A stretch of 38,751 nucleotides of DNA, from the NCBI GenBank assembly GCA_964623955.1, contig CAZUVO010000009.1, positions 1-38,751 of the forward strand, read 5' to 3'. Position 1 is the first letter of the stretch. Each line of letters begins with the position of its first letter. Below the pieces are notes generated by a model. The model had not been told where the DNA came from. It ran no database searches and was given only the letters and a program-made list of their open reading frames with translations. Below are positions 10,905 through 19,983 of the stretch, piece after piece. The position numbers and the translations under genes are program-made. The DNA is from an uncultured Rhizobiaceae bacterium. Its GTDB lineage: Bacteria; Pseudomonadota; Alphaproteobacteria; UBA828.

Positions 10905-11921
10905 TTACGCCAGGATGCTGCTTTTGGAAATTAGGCTTTCCTGCTGCTTGAGGGCCGCCACCGCCTGATCGTGGCTGATCGGCACGAAGCGCGCATATTG
11001 CAGCGGCTGCAACTGGCCGACCGCCGACATGTCGGTCGAAATCACCGTGCCGATCCGGGCATAGCCGCCGATGCTGGGCGCATCCACGCAATGAACGATG
11101 GGCTCGACCCCGGAGGGCACCTGAATGGTGCCGACCGGCGCGCCCGGATCGATCACCAGATTGGACGGGTCCTCGCCGGCTTCCTTGATGAGATATTTCG
11201 GCCGGCCCGGGCGGAAGCTCAGTTCCGGGCCGATAAAGCGCATGCCGGTGCGGTCCGATTTCGGATTGAGCCGCCATTCCGTGGCGTAGAAATTGGCTTC
11301 GCTCTCCTCAGTGAAGAGATGCGCTTCCGGGCCGCGCACCACCCGCACCTTCCGGCAACCGCCATAGGCCGGTATCAGCTTCGGGCGAAGACGGCGGCTC
11401 TCGAGGGCCTCGATATCGGCCCCGGCCGGGCCGACGGGCAGTTGATCGCCCTCTTTAAGGGCGCGGCCTTCGAAGCCGCCGAACCGGCCGCCGGCATGGG
11501 TCGCGCGGCTGCCGAGATAGGGCGGCACGTCAATCCCGCCATGCACCGCCACATAGGTGCGGGCACCGGATTTGGCCATCGCAAAAGCCAGCGTCTGGCC
11601 GGCGCGCAGCAGGAACGCCCGCCAAAGCGGCACCGGCTCGCCATCGCAATTCGCCGCCATATCGGCACCGGTGAGCGCGATGAGCAAATCCGCACCGGCG
11701 CGCACTTCAAGACCGCCCATGGTGATTTCGAGCCCGGCTGCACCGGGATCGCCGCGCAATATCAACGGCCCGCCGCCCGGATTGCCGACCAGCAGGTTGG
11801 CGATACGGAGGGCGAATCCGTCCTGCGCGCCGGAGGGCGGAATGCCGAGCGACTGGCCGCCCTGGCGGCCCATATCCTGAACGGTGGTATGCAAACCGCC
11901 CTTGAGGATTTCCAGCATCAC
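10905..11921 (-). CDS. pxpC: 5-oxoprolinase subunit C / KipA-like (allophanate hydrolase subunit 2 family)
   Basis: MMLEILKGGLHTTVQDMGRQGGQSLGIPPSGAQDGFALRIANLLVGN is the characteristic KipA/PxpC N-terminus. Length is 338 aa. Its start overlaps the pxpB stop (ATGA). Confidence 0.88.
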   Translation of the reverse strand: MMLEILKGGLHTTVQDMGRQGGQSLGIPPSGAQDGFALRIANLLVGNPGGGPLILRGDPGAAGLEITMGGLEVRAGADLLIALTGADMAANCDGEPVPLWRAFLLRAGQTLAFAMAKSGARTYVAVHGGIDVPPYLGSRATHAGGRFGGFEGRALKEGDQLPVGPAGADIEALESRRLRPKLIPAYGGCRKVRVVRGPEAHLFTEESEANFYATEWRLNPKSDRTGMRFIGPELSFRPGRPKYLIKEAGEDPSNLVIDPGAPVGTIQVPSGVEPIVHCVDAPSIGGYARIGTVISTDMSAVGQLQPLQYARFVPISHDQAVAALKQQESLISKSSILA

Positions 11922-12790
11922 TCGAGGCTCCAGCTGGCGTCCGGGTCTCTCAGTTCCGCTGGCTCGCCGAGGGATTCGAGCCAGGCGGCATAACCGGCGC
12001 AGTCGAAGCTGTCTTCTTCCACCTGATAGTCGTAGCGCCCGGCTTCGACCTCGGCGCGGATTTCGTCATATTCCTCGCGCGAAATGGCGCGGTAGCGGTG
12101 CCGGTCGCCGGCCTTGGCGAGGACGGGGCCGTCGGCGAAGACGGCGTTCTTTTGTTGCGGTTCGAAAATATTGATCGGCGTGCGGCCGAACAATTGACCG
12201 CCGCCGGGCACGCGAATGGGATAGATCGTCGAGGTGGTGCCGCCGAAATTGAGGAGGCGCGCATGGGTCCAGCTTCGCGGCGTGCGATAGAGCGGCGCGC
12301 CGATGCGCAAACGCGGGTCCATGGCGTAGGACATGAAGGCGCCCGGCACGAAGCCAACCCCGGTGACCCAATAGTCGCACGCGGTGTGCGCCGCGATCAC
12401 CTCTGGCACCGTCATATCGTTGAACTCGGCGATATATTCCATGTTGTTGCGCACGCCGAAGGCCTCGGCGCATTCGCGCGACCAGGGGTCGTCATAATAG
12501 GCCGGGATGATTAGCTTGCGGCTCTGCAGCTCCACGACATCGCCCGCCGCTTCGACCATCTCCGTCAGCGCGGCGGTCATTTTGGCCAGGGTCGTCGCCA
12601 GCGGGTCATAAACGATGCCAAGGGTGCGAACCTGCGGATTGGTCTCGACCAGTCCCGGCGGCGGGTTCTCGCGAATCGCGAGATCGAGCGCCAATATGCG
12701 GAAATTGAGCACGATGCTGGTCTCGTCGCCGAACTCGATATTGAGCGCGGTATCGCCCATGGTCCGGAATATTGGCCGCCGATAGATCAT
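11918..12790 (-). CDS. pxpB: 5-oxoprolinase subunit B / KipI-like (allophanate hydrolase subunit 1 family)
   Basis: ...RTMGDTALNIEFGDETSIVLNFRILALDLAI...NPQVRTLGIVYDP is the KipI-type pattern. ATG 12790 is preferred over the GTG at 12826. A C-terminal tail of about 45 aa goes beyond what I recall for E. coli and B. subtilis homologues. Confidence 0.85.
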   Translation of the reverse strand: MIYRRPIFRTMGDTALNIEFGDETSIVLNFRILALDLAIRENPPPGLVETNPQVRTLGIVYDPLATTLAKMTAALTEMVEAAGDVVELQSRKLIIPAYYDDPWSRECAEAFGVRNNMEYIAEFNDMTVPEVIAAHTACDYWVTGVGFVPGAFMSYAMDPRLRIGAPLYRTPRSWTHARLLNFGGTTSTIYPIRVPGGGQLFGRTPINIFEPQQKNAVFADGPVLAKAGDRHRYRAISREEYDEIRAEVEAGRYDYQVEEDSFDCAGYAAWLESLGEPAELRDPDASWSLE

Positions 12791-12921
12791 GATCCGCCTT
12801 GCGTCGGGAGCGGAGTTTTCTACCACATATTGTGGCTTCCAACGATCCTGGCTTGCCCTTTGATCTGCGGCGATTTAGGTTATCTACAGATTCTTTTTGG
12901 GAATTAGTTGGAATTACGTCC

Positions 12922-14142
12922 GTGCTTGCCAATCTTCGTGTTCTGCTGATTATTTCCGGCGGAATTGCGGCCTATAAAAGCTTGGAATTGATTCGCGGCC
13001 TGCGCGCCGGCGGCGCTCATGTGCGGCCTATTCTGACCAAGGGCGGAGCCCAGTTCGTGACGCCGCTATCCGTCGCTTCCCTGGCGCGCGAGAAGGTCTA
13101 TGACGATCTTTTCTCGCTCACCGACGAAAGCGAAATCGGCCATATCCGCCTCGCGCGCGAAACCGATCTCGTCGTCGTCGCGCCGGCGACCGCGGATATT
13201 CTCGCCAAGATGAGCCACGGCATCGCCGACGATCTGGCGACCACCGTGCTGCTCGCGACCGACCGCCCCGTCCTCGTCGCGCCGGCGATGAACAGCCGGA
13301 TGTGGGAGGATGCCGCAACCCAGCGCAATATCGCCCGCCTCCAGAGTGACGGGGTAATGACCGTCGGGCCGGCCCATGGCGAGCTTGCCGAGGGCGAAAT
13401 CGGTATCGGCCGCATGGCCGAACCGGCGGAAATTCTGCTCGCCATCGGGAAAGCCCTGGGTGGTCCGCTTTCCGGCATGCGCGCCCTGGTGACCAGCGGC
13501 CCGACCCATGAGCCGATCGATCCGGTGCGTTATATCGCCAACCGCTCCTCCGGCAAGCAGGGCCATGCCATCGCCGGCGCCTGCGCGCGCCTCGGTGCGG
13601 ATGTCACCCTGGTCTCCGGGCCGAGCGCCGAGGCCGATCCGCCCGGCGTGGCGACGGTCCATGTCGAGACCGCGCGCGATATGCTGGAGGCCTGTATCGG
13701 CGCCCTGCCGGTCGATGTCGCCATCTGCGCGGCCGCGGTGTCGGATTGGCGCCCAGAGACGGCGCATGGGCAAAAGCTCAAAAAGGACAAAACCGCCACT
13801 GCATCGCCGGCCGATCTGAGCCTGGTCGAAAACCCCGATATTCTGGCGACCCTGGCGGCGCGCGAGAACGACCGGCCAAGGCTGGTCATCGGCTTCGCCG
13901 CCGAGACCGACGATGTCGTCGCCTATGCCCGCGCCAAGCTCGCTTCGAAGGGCTGCGACTGGATTCTGGCGAATGATGTGTCGCCCGAGACCGGCACATT
14001 CGGCGGCGATCACAACAAGATTCATCTACTCACCGGCGCGGAAGGCGATGCCGGCGTCGAGGACTGGCCCCATACCAGCAAGCTCGATGTCGCCGCGCGC
14101 CTGGCCGAGCGTATCGCCCAGGCCTTGGGACCGGCGGCGTGA
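12922..14142 (+). CDS. coaBC: Bifunctional phosphopantothenoylcysteine decarboxylase / phosphopantothenate-cysteine ligase
   Basis: From GTG 12922: (M)[30 protein letters not shown] (flavoprotein CoaC N-terminus). The CoaB part shows [28 protein letters not shown]. The first 41 codons of the track ORF lie in the divergent promoter region. Confidence 0.9.
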   Translation: MLANLRVLLIISGGIAAYKSLELIRGLRAGGAHVRPILTKGGAQFVTPLSVASLAREKVYDDLFSLTDESEIGHIRLARETDLVVVAPATADILAKMSHGIADDLATTVLLATDRPVLVAPAMNSRMWEDAATQRNIARLQSDGVMTVGPAHGELAEGEIGIGRMAEPAEILLAIGKALGGPLSGMRALVTSGPTHEPIDPVRYIANRSSGKQGHAIAGACARLGADVTLVSGPSAEADPPGVATVHVETARDMLEACIGALPVDVAICAAAVSDWRPETAHGQKLKKDKTATASPADLSLVENPDILATLAARENDRPRLVIGFAAETDDVVAYARAKLASKGCDWILANDVSPETGTFGGDHNKIHLLTGAEGDAGVEDWPHTSKLDVAARLAERIAQALGPAA

Positions 14143-14606
14143 GCGGCGTGATCGACCTCCAAGTGCGCCGCCTGCCCCATGGCGCCGATATGGCGCTTCC
14201 CGCCTATGCCAGCAGCGGCAGTGCCGGGCTCGATCTCATGGCGGCGATCGAGGACGAGGCGGAGCTCGCCCCGGGCGAGCGCCGCCTGGTGCCCTGCGGA
14301 TTCTGTATGGCGCTGCCAGACGGTTACGAAGCGCAAGTGCGGCCGCGCTCGGGCCTCGCGCTGAAACACGGTCTTACTCTGCTCAACAGCCCGGGCACCA
14401 TCGATTCCGATTATCGCGGGGAGATCGGCGTGGTGCTGATCAATCACGGCGAGGCACCGTTCACCGTGACGCGCGGCATGCGCATCGCCCAGCTTGTCGT
14501 GGCGCCGGTGGCGCGCGCCCGTCTCGCCGAAGCGGAAAGCCTGCCCGAATCAGAGCGCGGCGCCGGCGGCTTCGGCTCGACCGGCCTCGGCGCTGAGCAG
14601 GGTTAG
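14139..14606 (+). CDS. dut: dUTP diphosphatase
   Basis: 155 aa with dUTPase motifs [26 protein letters not shown] and a C-terminal [10 protein letters not shown]. Its GTG start overlaps the coaBC stop (GTGA). Confidence 0.93.
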   Translation: MSGVIDLQVRRLPHGADMALPAYASSGSAGLDLMAAIEDEAELAPGERRLVPCGFCMALPDGYEAQVRPRSGLALKHGLTLLNSPGTIDSDYRGEIGVVLINHGEAPFTVTRGMRIAQLVVAPVARARLAEAESLPESERGAGGFGSTGLGAEQG

Positions 14607-14616
14607 GGTCGCACTT

Positions 14617-15072
14617 ATGCTGGATCCTTCGAAAAAGCTCGTCTATGCGGTCGAATCGGTGGTCGATATTGCCTATAACGGCGGATCGCAACCGGTGCGC
14701 AGCCGCGAGATCGCCAAGCGCCAAGGCGTGCCGCACCGTTATCTCGAACAGGTGATGCAGCGCCTCGTCCATGCCGGCGTGTTGCGCGGCGTGCGCGGCC
14801 CGCGCGGCGGCTATCTCCTCGCCCGCGAGCGCCGGCGCATCACCCTCGGGCAAATCGCGCGAGTGGTGCGCGAGCTGGAAAATATGGACGAGACAGAGTC
14901 CGAAGGTGGCGAATCGGATTTGGCGAATCAGGTTTTGAGACCCATATGGGATGAGATGCGCGAGGAAATGATGACCCGGCTCGATAAGATCACCATCGAG
15001 GATCTCTGCCGTGAGGCGACCGGACTCGACATTGCGCGCATTTCCGAAACAAAATTGGATTACACCATTTAG
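14617..15072 (+). CDS. Rrf2-family transcriptional regulator (no Fe-S cysteine triad)
   Basis: From ATG 14617: [22 protein letters not shown]...[41 protein letters not shown]...ITLGQI, a typical Rrf2 winged helix. There is only one Cys in 151 aa, so the three-Cys cluster ligands of IscR/NsrR types are absent. Confidence 0.85.
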   Translation: MLDPSKKLVYAVESVVDIAYNGGSQPVRSREIAKRQGVPHRYLEQVMQRLVHAGVLRGVRGPRGGYLLARERRRITLGQIARVVRELENMDETESEGGESDLANQVLRPIWDEMREEMMTRLDKITIEDLCREATGLDIARISETKLDYTI

Positions 15073-15086
15073 CGGCGAGAAATATC

Positions 15087-16055
15087 GTGACGGATGACGG
15101 GCAAAAGGCGTATTCGCGCGGGCGGATATACGAAAACATCATCGAAACCGTCGGCGGGACTCCGCTGGTCAGGCTCAACCGGCTGCCGGCGGAAGAAGGC
15201 TGCGAGGCCGAACTGATCGCCAAGCTCGAATTCTTCAACCCGCTCGCCTCGGTCAAGGACCGCATCGGCTTCGCCATGATCGAAGCCGCCGAGGAGGCGG
15301 GGAAAGCGGTGGCGGGAAAGACGCTGTTGGTCGAGCCGACATCGGGCAATACCGGCATCGCGCTCGCTTTCGTCGCCGCCGCCAAAGGCTACCGGCTGAT
15401 CCTGACCATGCCGGAAAGCATGTCCCAGGAACGGCGCAAGATTCTCAAAGTGCTCGGCGCCGAGTTGGAATTGACACCGCCCGAATTGGGCATGAAGGGC
15501 GCCTTGGCGCGAGCCGAGGAAATCGTCGCCGAAAATGACGACGCGCTCATGCTTCAGCAGTTTCAAAATATCGCCAATCCGGAAATTCACCGCCGCACCA
15601 CGGCGGAGGAAATCTGGGACGATTGCGGCGGCGAGCTCGATGTCATTATCGCCGGCGTCGGTACCGGTGGCACGATCACCGGCTGCGCCCAGGTGCTGAA
15701 ACCGCGATTGCCGCATCTCTATATGGTCGGTGTCGAGCCCGAGGACAGCGCCGTCCTGTCCGGCGGCACGCCGGGGCCGCACAAGATCCAAGGCATCGGC
15801 GCGGGCTTCGTGCCGGATGTTCTCGACACGTCCGTCATCGACGAAATTCTCTCCATCGGCAACGAAACCGCCTTCGACATGGCGCGCAAGATGGCCCGGC
15901 TGGAAGGCATCCCGGTCGGTATTTCCTCCGGCGCGGCGGTGGCGGCGGCGCTTGAGGTCGGCTCGCGCGACGAGATGGCGGGCAAGCGCATCGTCGTGAT
16001 TATCCCCTCTTTCGCCGAGCGATATCTCTCGACCGATCTTTTCAGCGGCGTGTAG
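15087..16055 (+). CDS. cysK: Cysteine synthase A (O-acetylserine sulfhydrylase)
   Basis: 322 aa: [11 protein letters not shown]...[16 protein letters not shown] (PLP lysine motif) ...[12 protein letters not shown]...[13 protein letters not shown] start at 15087. Confidence 0.93.
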   Translation: MTDDGQKAYSRGRIYENIIETVGGTPLVRLNRLPAEEGCEAELIAKLEFFNPLASVKDRIGFAMIEAAEEAGKAVAGKTLLVEPTSGNTGIALAFVAAAKGYRLILTMPESMSQERRKILKVLGAELELTPPELGMKGALARAEEIVAENDDALMLQQFQNIANPEIHRRTTAEEIWDDCGGELDVIIAGVGTGGTITGCAQVLKPRLPHLYMVGVEPEDSAVLSGGTPGPHKIQGIGAGFVPDVLDTSVIDEILSIGNETAFDMARKMARLEGIPVGISSGAAVAAALEVGSRDEMAGKRIVVIIPSFAERYLSTDLFSGV

Positions 16056-16066
16056 CGGCGGGCGCC

Positions 16067-16888
16067 ATGAGCTTCGACGAATCCCAGATCGAACGCTATG
16101 CGCGGCACATCATCCTTCAGGAAGTCGGCGGCCAGGGGCAGGCCAAGCTTCTGAACTCGAAGGTGCTGGTGGTTGGCGCTGGTGGATTGGGATCGCCGCT
16201 TCTCCTCTATCTTGCAGCGGCCGGGGTCGGCACCCTCGGGATCGTCGACGATGACAGGGTGAGCCTTTCCAATCTGCAGCGCCAGGTCATTCACACCGGC
16301 GAAGCCCTCGGCGCGCCGAAAGTCGAAAGCGCCGAACGTGCGATCAAGGCGATCAATCCGGATGTCACCGTGATCTCCCATGAAGCCCGGCTGACCGCGG
16401 AGAATGCGCTGGATTTGATTTCCGCCTACGATCTGGTGGCCGATGGCAGCGATAATTTCGCAACCCGCTTTCTCATTAACGACGCCTGCTATCTGGCGCA
16501 AAAAACCCTGGTCTCGGCGGCGATCCTCCGGTTCGACGGCCAGCTCTCGACCTTCAAGGCCCATGAGGGCGACGGCCATCCCTGTTATCGCTGTATCTTC
16601 CGCGAGCCGCCGCCGCCCGGGCTTATTCCGTCCTGTGCCGAGGGCGGTATCCTCGGCGCCGTGGCGGGCTCGATGGGCTCGCTGCAATCGACCGAAGTGC
16701 TGAAGGAATTGCTCGGCATCGGCGAGAGCCTGTCGGGCACGCTGATCATCTATGACGCGCTCGGCGCCACCTTCCGCAATGTGCGCGTCAAGCCCGACCC
16801 CACCTGCCCGCTCTGCGGCGATAATCCGACCATCACCGACCTCTCTTCTCACCTATCGGCGACGGGCGAGGTCTGCGCCGCGTCCTGA
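16067..16888 (+). CDS. moeB: MoeB/ThiF-family adenylyltransferase (E1-like)
   Basis: 273 aa: RYARHIILQEVGGQGQAKLLNSKVLVVGAGGLGSPLLLYLAAAGVG...SLSNLQRQ, plus zinc motifs CYRC and CPLC. It is colinear with E. coli MoeB as I recall it. No rhodanese extension is present. Confidence 0.85.
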   Translation: MSFDESQIERYARHIILQEVGGQGQAKLLNSKVLVVGAGGLGSPLLLYLAAAGVGTLGIVDDDRVSLSNLQRQVIHTGEALGAPKVESAERAIKAINPDVTVISHEARLTAENALDLISAYDLVADGSDNFATRFLINDACYLAQKTLVSAAILRFDGQLSTFKAHEGDGHPCYRCIFREPPPPGLIPSCAEGGILGAVAGSMGSLQSTEVLKELLGIGESLSGTLIIYDALGATFRNVRVKPDPTCPLCGDNPTITDLSSHLSATGEVCAAS

Positions 16889-16966
16889 GATCGGTGCGGC
16901 TTGCGTCCGTCCGTCCCGCTTGCCACACTCGGGCTTCGATAGCGATGCGAAGCGGAGGCCCGGAGG

Positions 16967-17215
16967 GTGCTGAAGGACGAGACCATCAATATCGCCGATA
17001 TCTACGTCCCCACGGCACGGCGTAAGTCCCTCAACGAAGAGACGGTCGCCGCGCTCGCCGAGAGCATTCTCGAAGAAGGCCTGAAAGTGCCGATCCAGGT
17101 GCGCAAGGGCAAAGACCGCTATGTGCTGGTCGAGGGATTGCACCGGCTCGAAGCGTGCCGCGCCCTCGGTGATGAAAAAATCACCTGCCTGTTCGTCGCC
17201 GCGCGAAAATCCTGA
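16967..17215 (+). CDS. Minimal ParB N-terminal / sulfiredoxin-fold protein (82 aa)
   Basis: GTG 16967 is preceded by GGAGG (16954-16958, 8-nt spacer). The sequence ...IYVPTARRKSLNEETVAALAESILEEGLKVPIQVRKGKDRYVLVEGLHRLEACRALG carries the ParB-box-like GxxRxxA motif (EGLHRLEA). No HTH or dimerisation domain follows. Confidence 0.65.
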   Translation: MLKDETINIADIYVPTARRKSLNEETVAALAESILEEGLKVPIQVRKGKDRYVLVEGLHRLEACRALGDEKITCLFVAARKS

Positions 17216-17222
17216 ATTATTT

Positions 17223-17576
17223 ATGGCCGCCAAACTTTCCAAAGCTCCCAAGCAGGGGGTGCTCAAGCGCTTCGGGTATCAGGTGGGGGCGCAAGGCCCG
17301 ATGCGGCGCGAGCGTCAGAAAATTCTCGCCCGAGTGTTCGCCTATTCCGGCCCACTCGATATCGAAGGGGTCGATTGGGCGGAATGGGGCGCCGGCGAAT
17401 CCGCCGAGCGGTTGCAGAAAATCTGCAATACGCTCTACGCGCTGAAAGCGAATCTGGAACGGAAACAGGCGCGCGGCAGGAACGACGCGGCGATCAGTGA
17501 TTACAGCCGTGATCTCGAATTTCTGAAAACCAATTTCTATGACGGGTGCTTCGAGTTCCCGTGGCCCGATTGGTGA
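17223..17576 (+). CDS. Hypothetical protein, 117 aa, no recognised family
   Basis: ATG lies 7 nt after the ParB/Srx-like stop. Third-position GC bias and codon choices resemble neighbouring genes. Translation: MAAKLSKAPKQGVLKRFGYQVG...RRERQKILARVF...FEFPWPDW. The N-terminal 34 codons of the track ORF overlap the previous gene and are not used. Confidence 0.55.
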   Translation: MAAKLSKAPKQGVLKRFGYQVGAQGPMRRERQKILARVFAYSGPLDIEGVDWAEWGAGESAERLQKICNTLYALKANLERKQARGRNDAAISDYSRDLEFLKTNFYDGCFEFPWPDW

Positions 17577-17651
17577 CAATAGAACCTATCAGGTTCGCTC
17601 GCGCTCACCCGAGAGGCTCTATCTCTTTTTGGTTGAAGCAAATGCGTCGTC

Positions 17652-17669
17652 GCGGGTGAGTCTACCCGC
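17652..17669. terminator. Candidate hairpin in the convergent gap between the 117-aa gene and the dehydrogenase gene
   Basis: GCGGGT-GAGTCT-ACCCGC is a 6-bp GC stem. The flanks are only weakly T-rich on either strand. Confidence 0.25.
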
Positions 17670-17694
17670 TCGGGATTTGCTGTAGCGCCCGCGC

Positions 17695-18687
17695 TCAGCC
17701 GCCGGTTTCGATCACCCGGTCCGGCGGCGTGTGACCGTCGGCCCATGTCTGGATATTGATCAGCACCTTCTCGCCCATATCGAGGCGGCCCTCGACCGTC
17801 GCCGAGCTCATATGCGGCAGCAGCACCACATTGTCGAGCTCGAGCAGCTTTGGATTGATCGTCGGCTCATTCTCGTAAACATCAAGGCCGGCGCCGGCGA
17901 TGCTGCCATTCTTCAGCAGCACGGCGAGCGCCGCCTCGTCGATGGCATGGCCGCGCGAGGTATTGACGATATAGCTCGTCGGGCGGATCAGTTTGAGGCG
18001 GCGCGCCGACAGCAGATGGAAGGTTGCCGGGGTGCTCGGACAATGGATGGTGATGATATCCATATGGGCGAGCATTTGGTCGAGGCTCTCCCACCAGGTG
18101 GCCTCAAGCTCTTCCTCGATCTCGGCATGCACGCGCTTGCGGTTGTGATAATGGATCGAGAGCCCAAAGCCGAGCGCGCGGCGCGCCACGGCCTGGCCGA
18201 TCCGCCCCATGCCGATAATGCCGAGGCGCTTGCCCCAGATGCGCTGGCCGAGCATCGAGGTTGGTGCCCAGCCCTGCCAGCCGCCGCCGCGCACCAGCCG
18301 GTCGCCTTCGGTGAGGCGCCGGGGGGCGGCGAGGATCAGCGCCAGGGCCATATCGGCGGTGTCTTCCGTCAGCACGCCCTGCGTATTGGTCACCAGGATA
18401 TCGCGCTCCTTGGCGGCGGCAAGATCGACATGATCGACGCCGGTGCCGAAGCTGGCGATCAGCTTGAGCTCGGGGCCGGTGGCAGCGATAACCTCGCGAT
18501 TGATCGCATCGGTCACCGTCGGCACGAGGACGTCGGCGTCTTGCGCCGCCTCGATCAATTGGTCCTGGCTGAGCGGCAGGTCGGACTCATTCAAGCGGGT
18601 GTCGAACAGTTCCATCATGCGCGCCTGAATCTGGTCCGGCAGGCGGCGCGTGACGAAGACCCGCGGTTTCTTGCTCGACGACGGCAT
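17695..18687 (-). CDS. D-isomer-specific 2-hydroxyacid dehydrogenase (glyoxylate/hydroxypyruvate reductase-like)
   Basis: From ATG 18687 (AGGAA SD upstream): NAD-binding motif GIIGMGRIGQAVARRA and catalytic region NTSRG...D...LDVYENEP...PHMSSAT. Length is 330 aa. Confidence 0.88.
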   Translation of the reverse strand: MPSSSKKPRVFVTRRLPDQIQARMMELFDTRLNESDLPLSQDQLIEAAQDADVLVPTVTDAINREVIAATGPELKLIASFGTGVDHVDLAAAKERDILVTNTQGVLTEDTADMALALILAAPRRLTEGDRLVRGGGWQGWAPTSMLGQRIWGKRLGIIGMGRIGQAVARRALGFGLSIHYHNRKRVHAEIEEELEATWWESLDQMLAHMDIITIHCPSTPATFHLLSARRLKLIRPTSYIVNTSRGHAIDEAALAVLLKNGSIAGAGLDVYENEPTINPKLLELDNVVLLPHMSSATVEGRLDMGEKVLINIQTWADGHTPPDRVIETGG

Positions 18688-18843
18688 ATTGTTCCTGATC
18701 TGTCCCCCAAGCGCGCATTTCGCCCTCGTGGCAGGCAAAACGGCCTCCCATGTTTAGCAAAGCCGGCACATCGAGACAATCGAGCGCGGCGTGGTGCATT
18801 TGGTATAGAATAGGCTCTCGACTCCAAGAACCGGCCTCGAATC

Positions 18844-19362
18844 ATGCGCTCCCGTTCGCCCTTCGCGCGCCCGCCCATACGCTTTATCGCCGTCGCCGGC
18901 TTTCTCGCCTGGATGCTCTCGCCGCCGGCACCCTTGGCGGTGGGTGAGGATGCACTGCCGCTGCCGCGCTTCGTTTCGCTGAAATCGGCGGAGGTCAATC
19001 TCCGTACCGGGCCGGGGGTACGCTATCCCATCGAATGGGTCTATCAGCGCCGCGCGCTCCCGGTCGAGATCACCGCCGAGTTCGACAATTGGCGCCGGGT
19101 GCGCGATTCGGACGGCACGGTGGGATGGATTCACCGCGCGCTCCTGTCGGGCACTCGCAGTGCCCTGGCCTTGCCGCCGGAACAGACCTTTCGCCGCGCG
19201 CCGAAAGATAGCGCGCCCGCGCTTTTTCGCGCCGGGCCGGGGGTGCTGGTGGCTATTCTTTCCTGCGACGGCGCGTGGTGTCAGACCGAACAGGGCGAGA
19301 CCAAGGCCTGGGTGCGGCAGAACGGTTTGTGGGGCGTTTATCCCGGCGAGATAATTGAGTAG
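18844..19362 (+). CDS. Exported bacterial SH3-like domain protein
   Basis: Contains an N-terminal signal-like segment IRFIAVAGFLAWMLSPPAPLA. Two SH3-like repeats follow (RFVSLKSAEVNLRTGPGVRYPIEWVY...WRRVRDSDGTVGWIH and a second copy ending KAWVRQNGLWGV). The pattern resembles conserved alphaproteobacterial SH3 proteins. Confidence 0.75.
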   Translation: MRSRSPFARPPIRFIAVAGFLAWMLSPPAPLAVGEDALPLPRFVSLKSAEVNLRTGPGVRYPIEWVYQRRALPVEITAEFDNWRRVRDSDGTVGWIHRALLSGTRSALALPPEQTFRRAPKDSAPALFRAGPGVLVAILSCDGAWCQTEQGETKAWVRQNGLWGVYPGEIIE

Positions 19363-19380
19363 CGGCGGGTCGAGCCCGCG

Positions 19381-19974
19381 TCAGTCGAAATCTGCCGCCA
19401 GTGCGGCGCGGACATTCTCCGGAATGACCGCCATATGGCCGTAATTGGTATGGCCGATGGAGAGGATCAGCCGCGTGCCGCCATCGCGGAAAGCGGCGAT
19501 CTCGGCTTCGCTAAAATCGAAACTGAGAAAATGGACCGCCGATGTCTTGCCGTCGTCGGTGGTGCGCTCGACGCCGTCCGTTAGCGGCCGTGCGGCGACG
19601 GCGCTCTCGCCGAGCTCCAGCTTGACCGTCTGTTCGATGCCGCCGAGGCGCGCGAGCTCGCGTGCCCGCGCCGCTTCGTCGGCGATCTCGAACATGAGCG
19701 TACAGATCAGGTTGCCGCCGTTCGGGATCAGTGGATTATAAGCATCCAGCTCGCCCTGGATCTGTTCCTCGCCGCCGCGCTCGACAAAGAGCATTTCGTG
19801 AATCTGCATCCACATGGTGTCGTAGCTCTCGAAATAGAATGTGGCGAACGGGCCGACGGCGACACGCCTGTCGCGCTTGGCGAGAGAGATTTCCCGGCGC
19901 CGTTCCCGGCGGATTTCACCGTAAGCCGTCATGTCCATGATGTCGGCGCGGGTGATTTCGCGTTTGGCGGCCAT
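19381..19974 (-). CDS. DUF3501-family protein
   Basis: 197 aa. The sequence pattern (FATFYFESYDTMWMQIHEMLFVE...YNPLIP...LMFEI) and the position downstream of a CCG-type Fe-S protein and rubrerythrin match my recollection of DUF3501 contexts. An AGGAA SD lies upstream. Confidence 0.75.
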   Translation of the reverse strand: MAAKREITRADIMDMTAYGEIRRERRREISLAKRDRRVAVGPFATFYFESYDTMWMQIHEMLFVERGGEEQIQGELDAYNPLIPNGGNLICTLMFEIADEAARARELARLGGIEQTVKLELGESAVAARPLTDGVERTTDDGKTSAVHFLSFDFSEAEIAAFRDGGTRLILSIGHTNYGHMAVIPENVRAALAADFD

Positions 19975-19983
19975 GCAAAATTC

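Noticed and set aside
12880-12888. DnaA-box-like TTATCTACA in the pxpB/coaBC divergent spacer.
   Set aside because: It is a single one-mismatch 9-mer with no partners. That is expected by chance in a window of this size.
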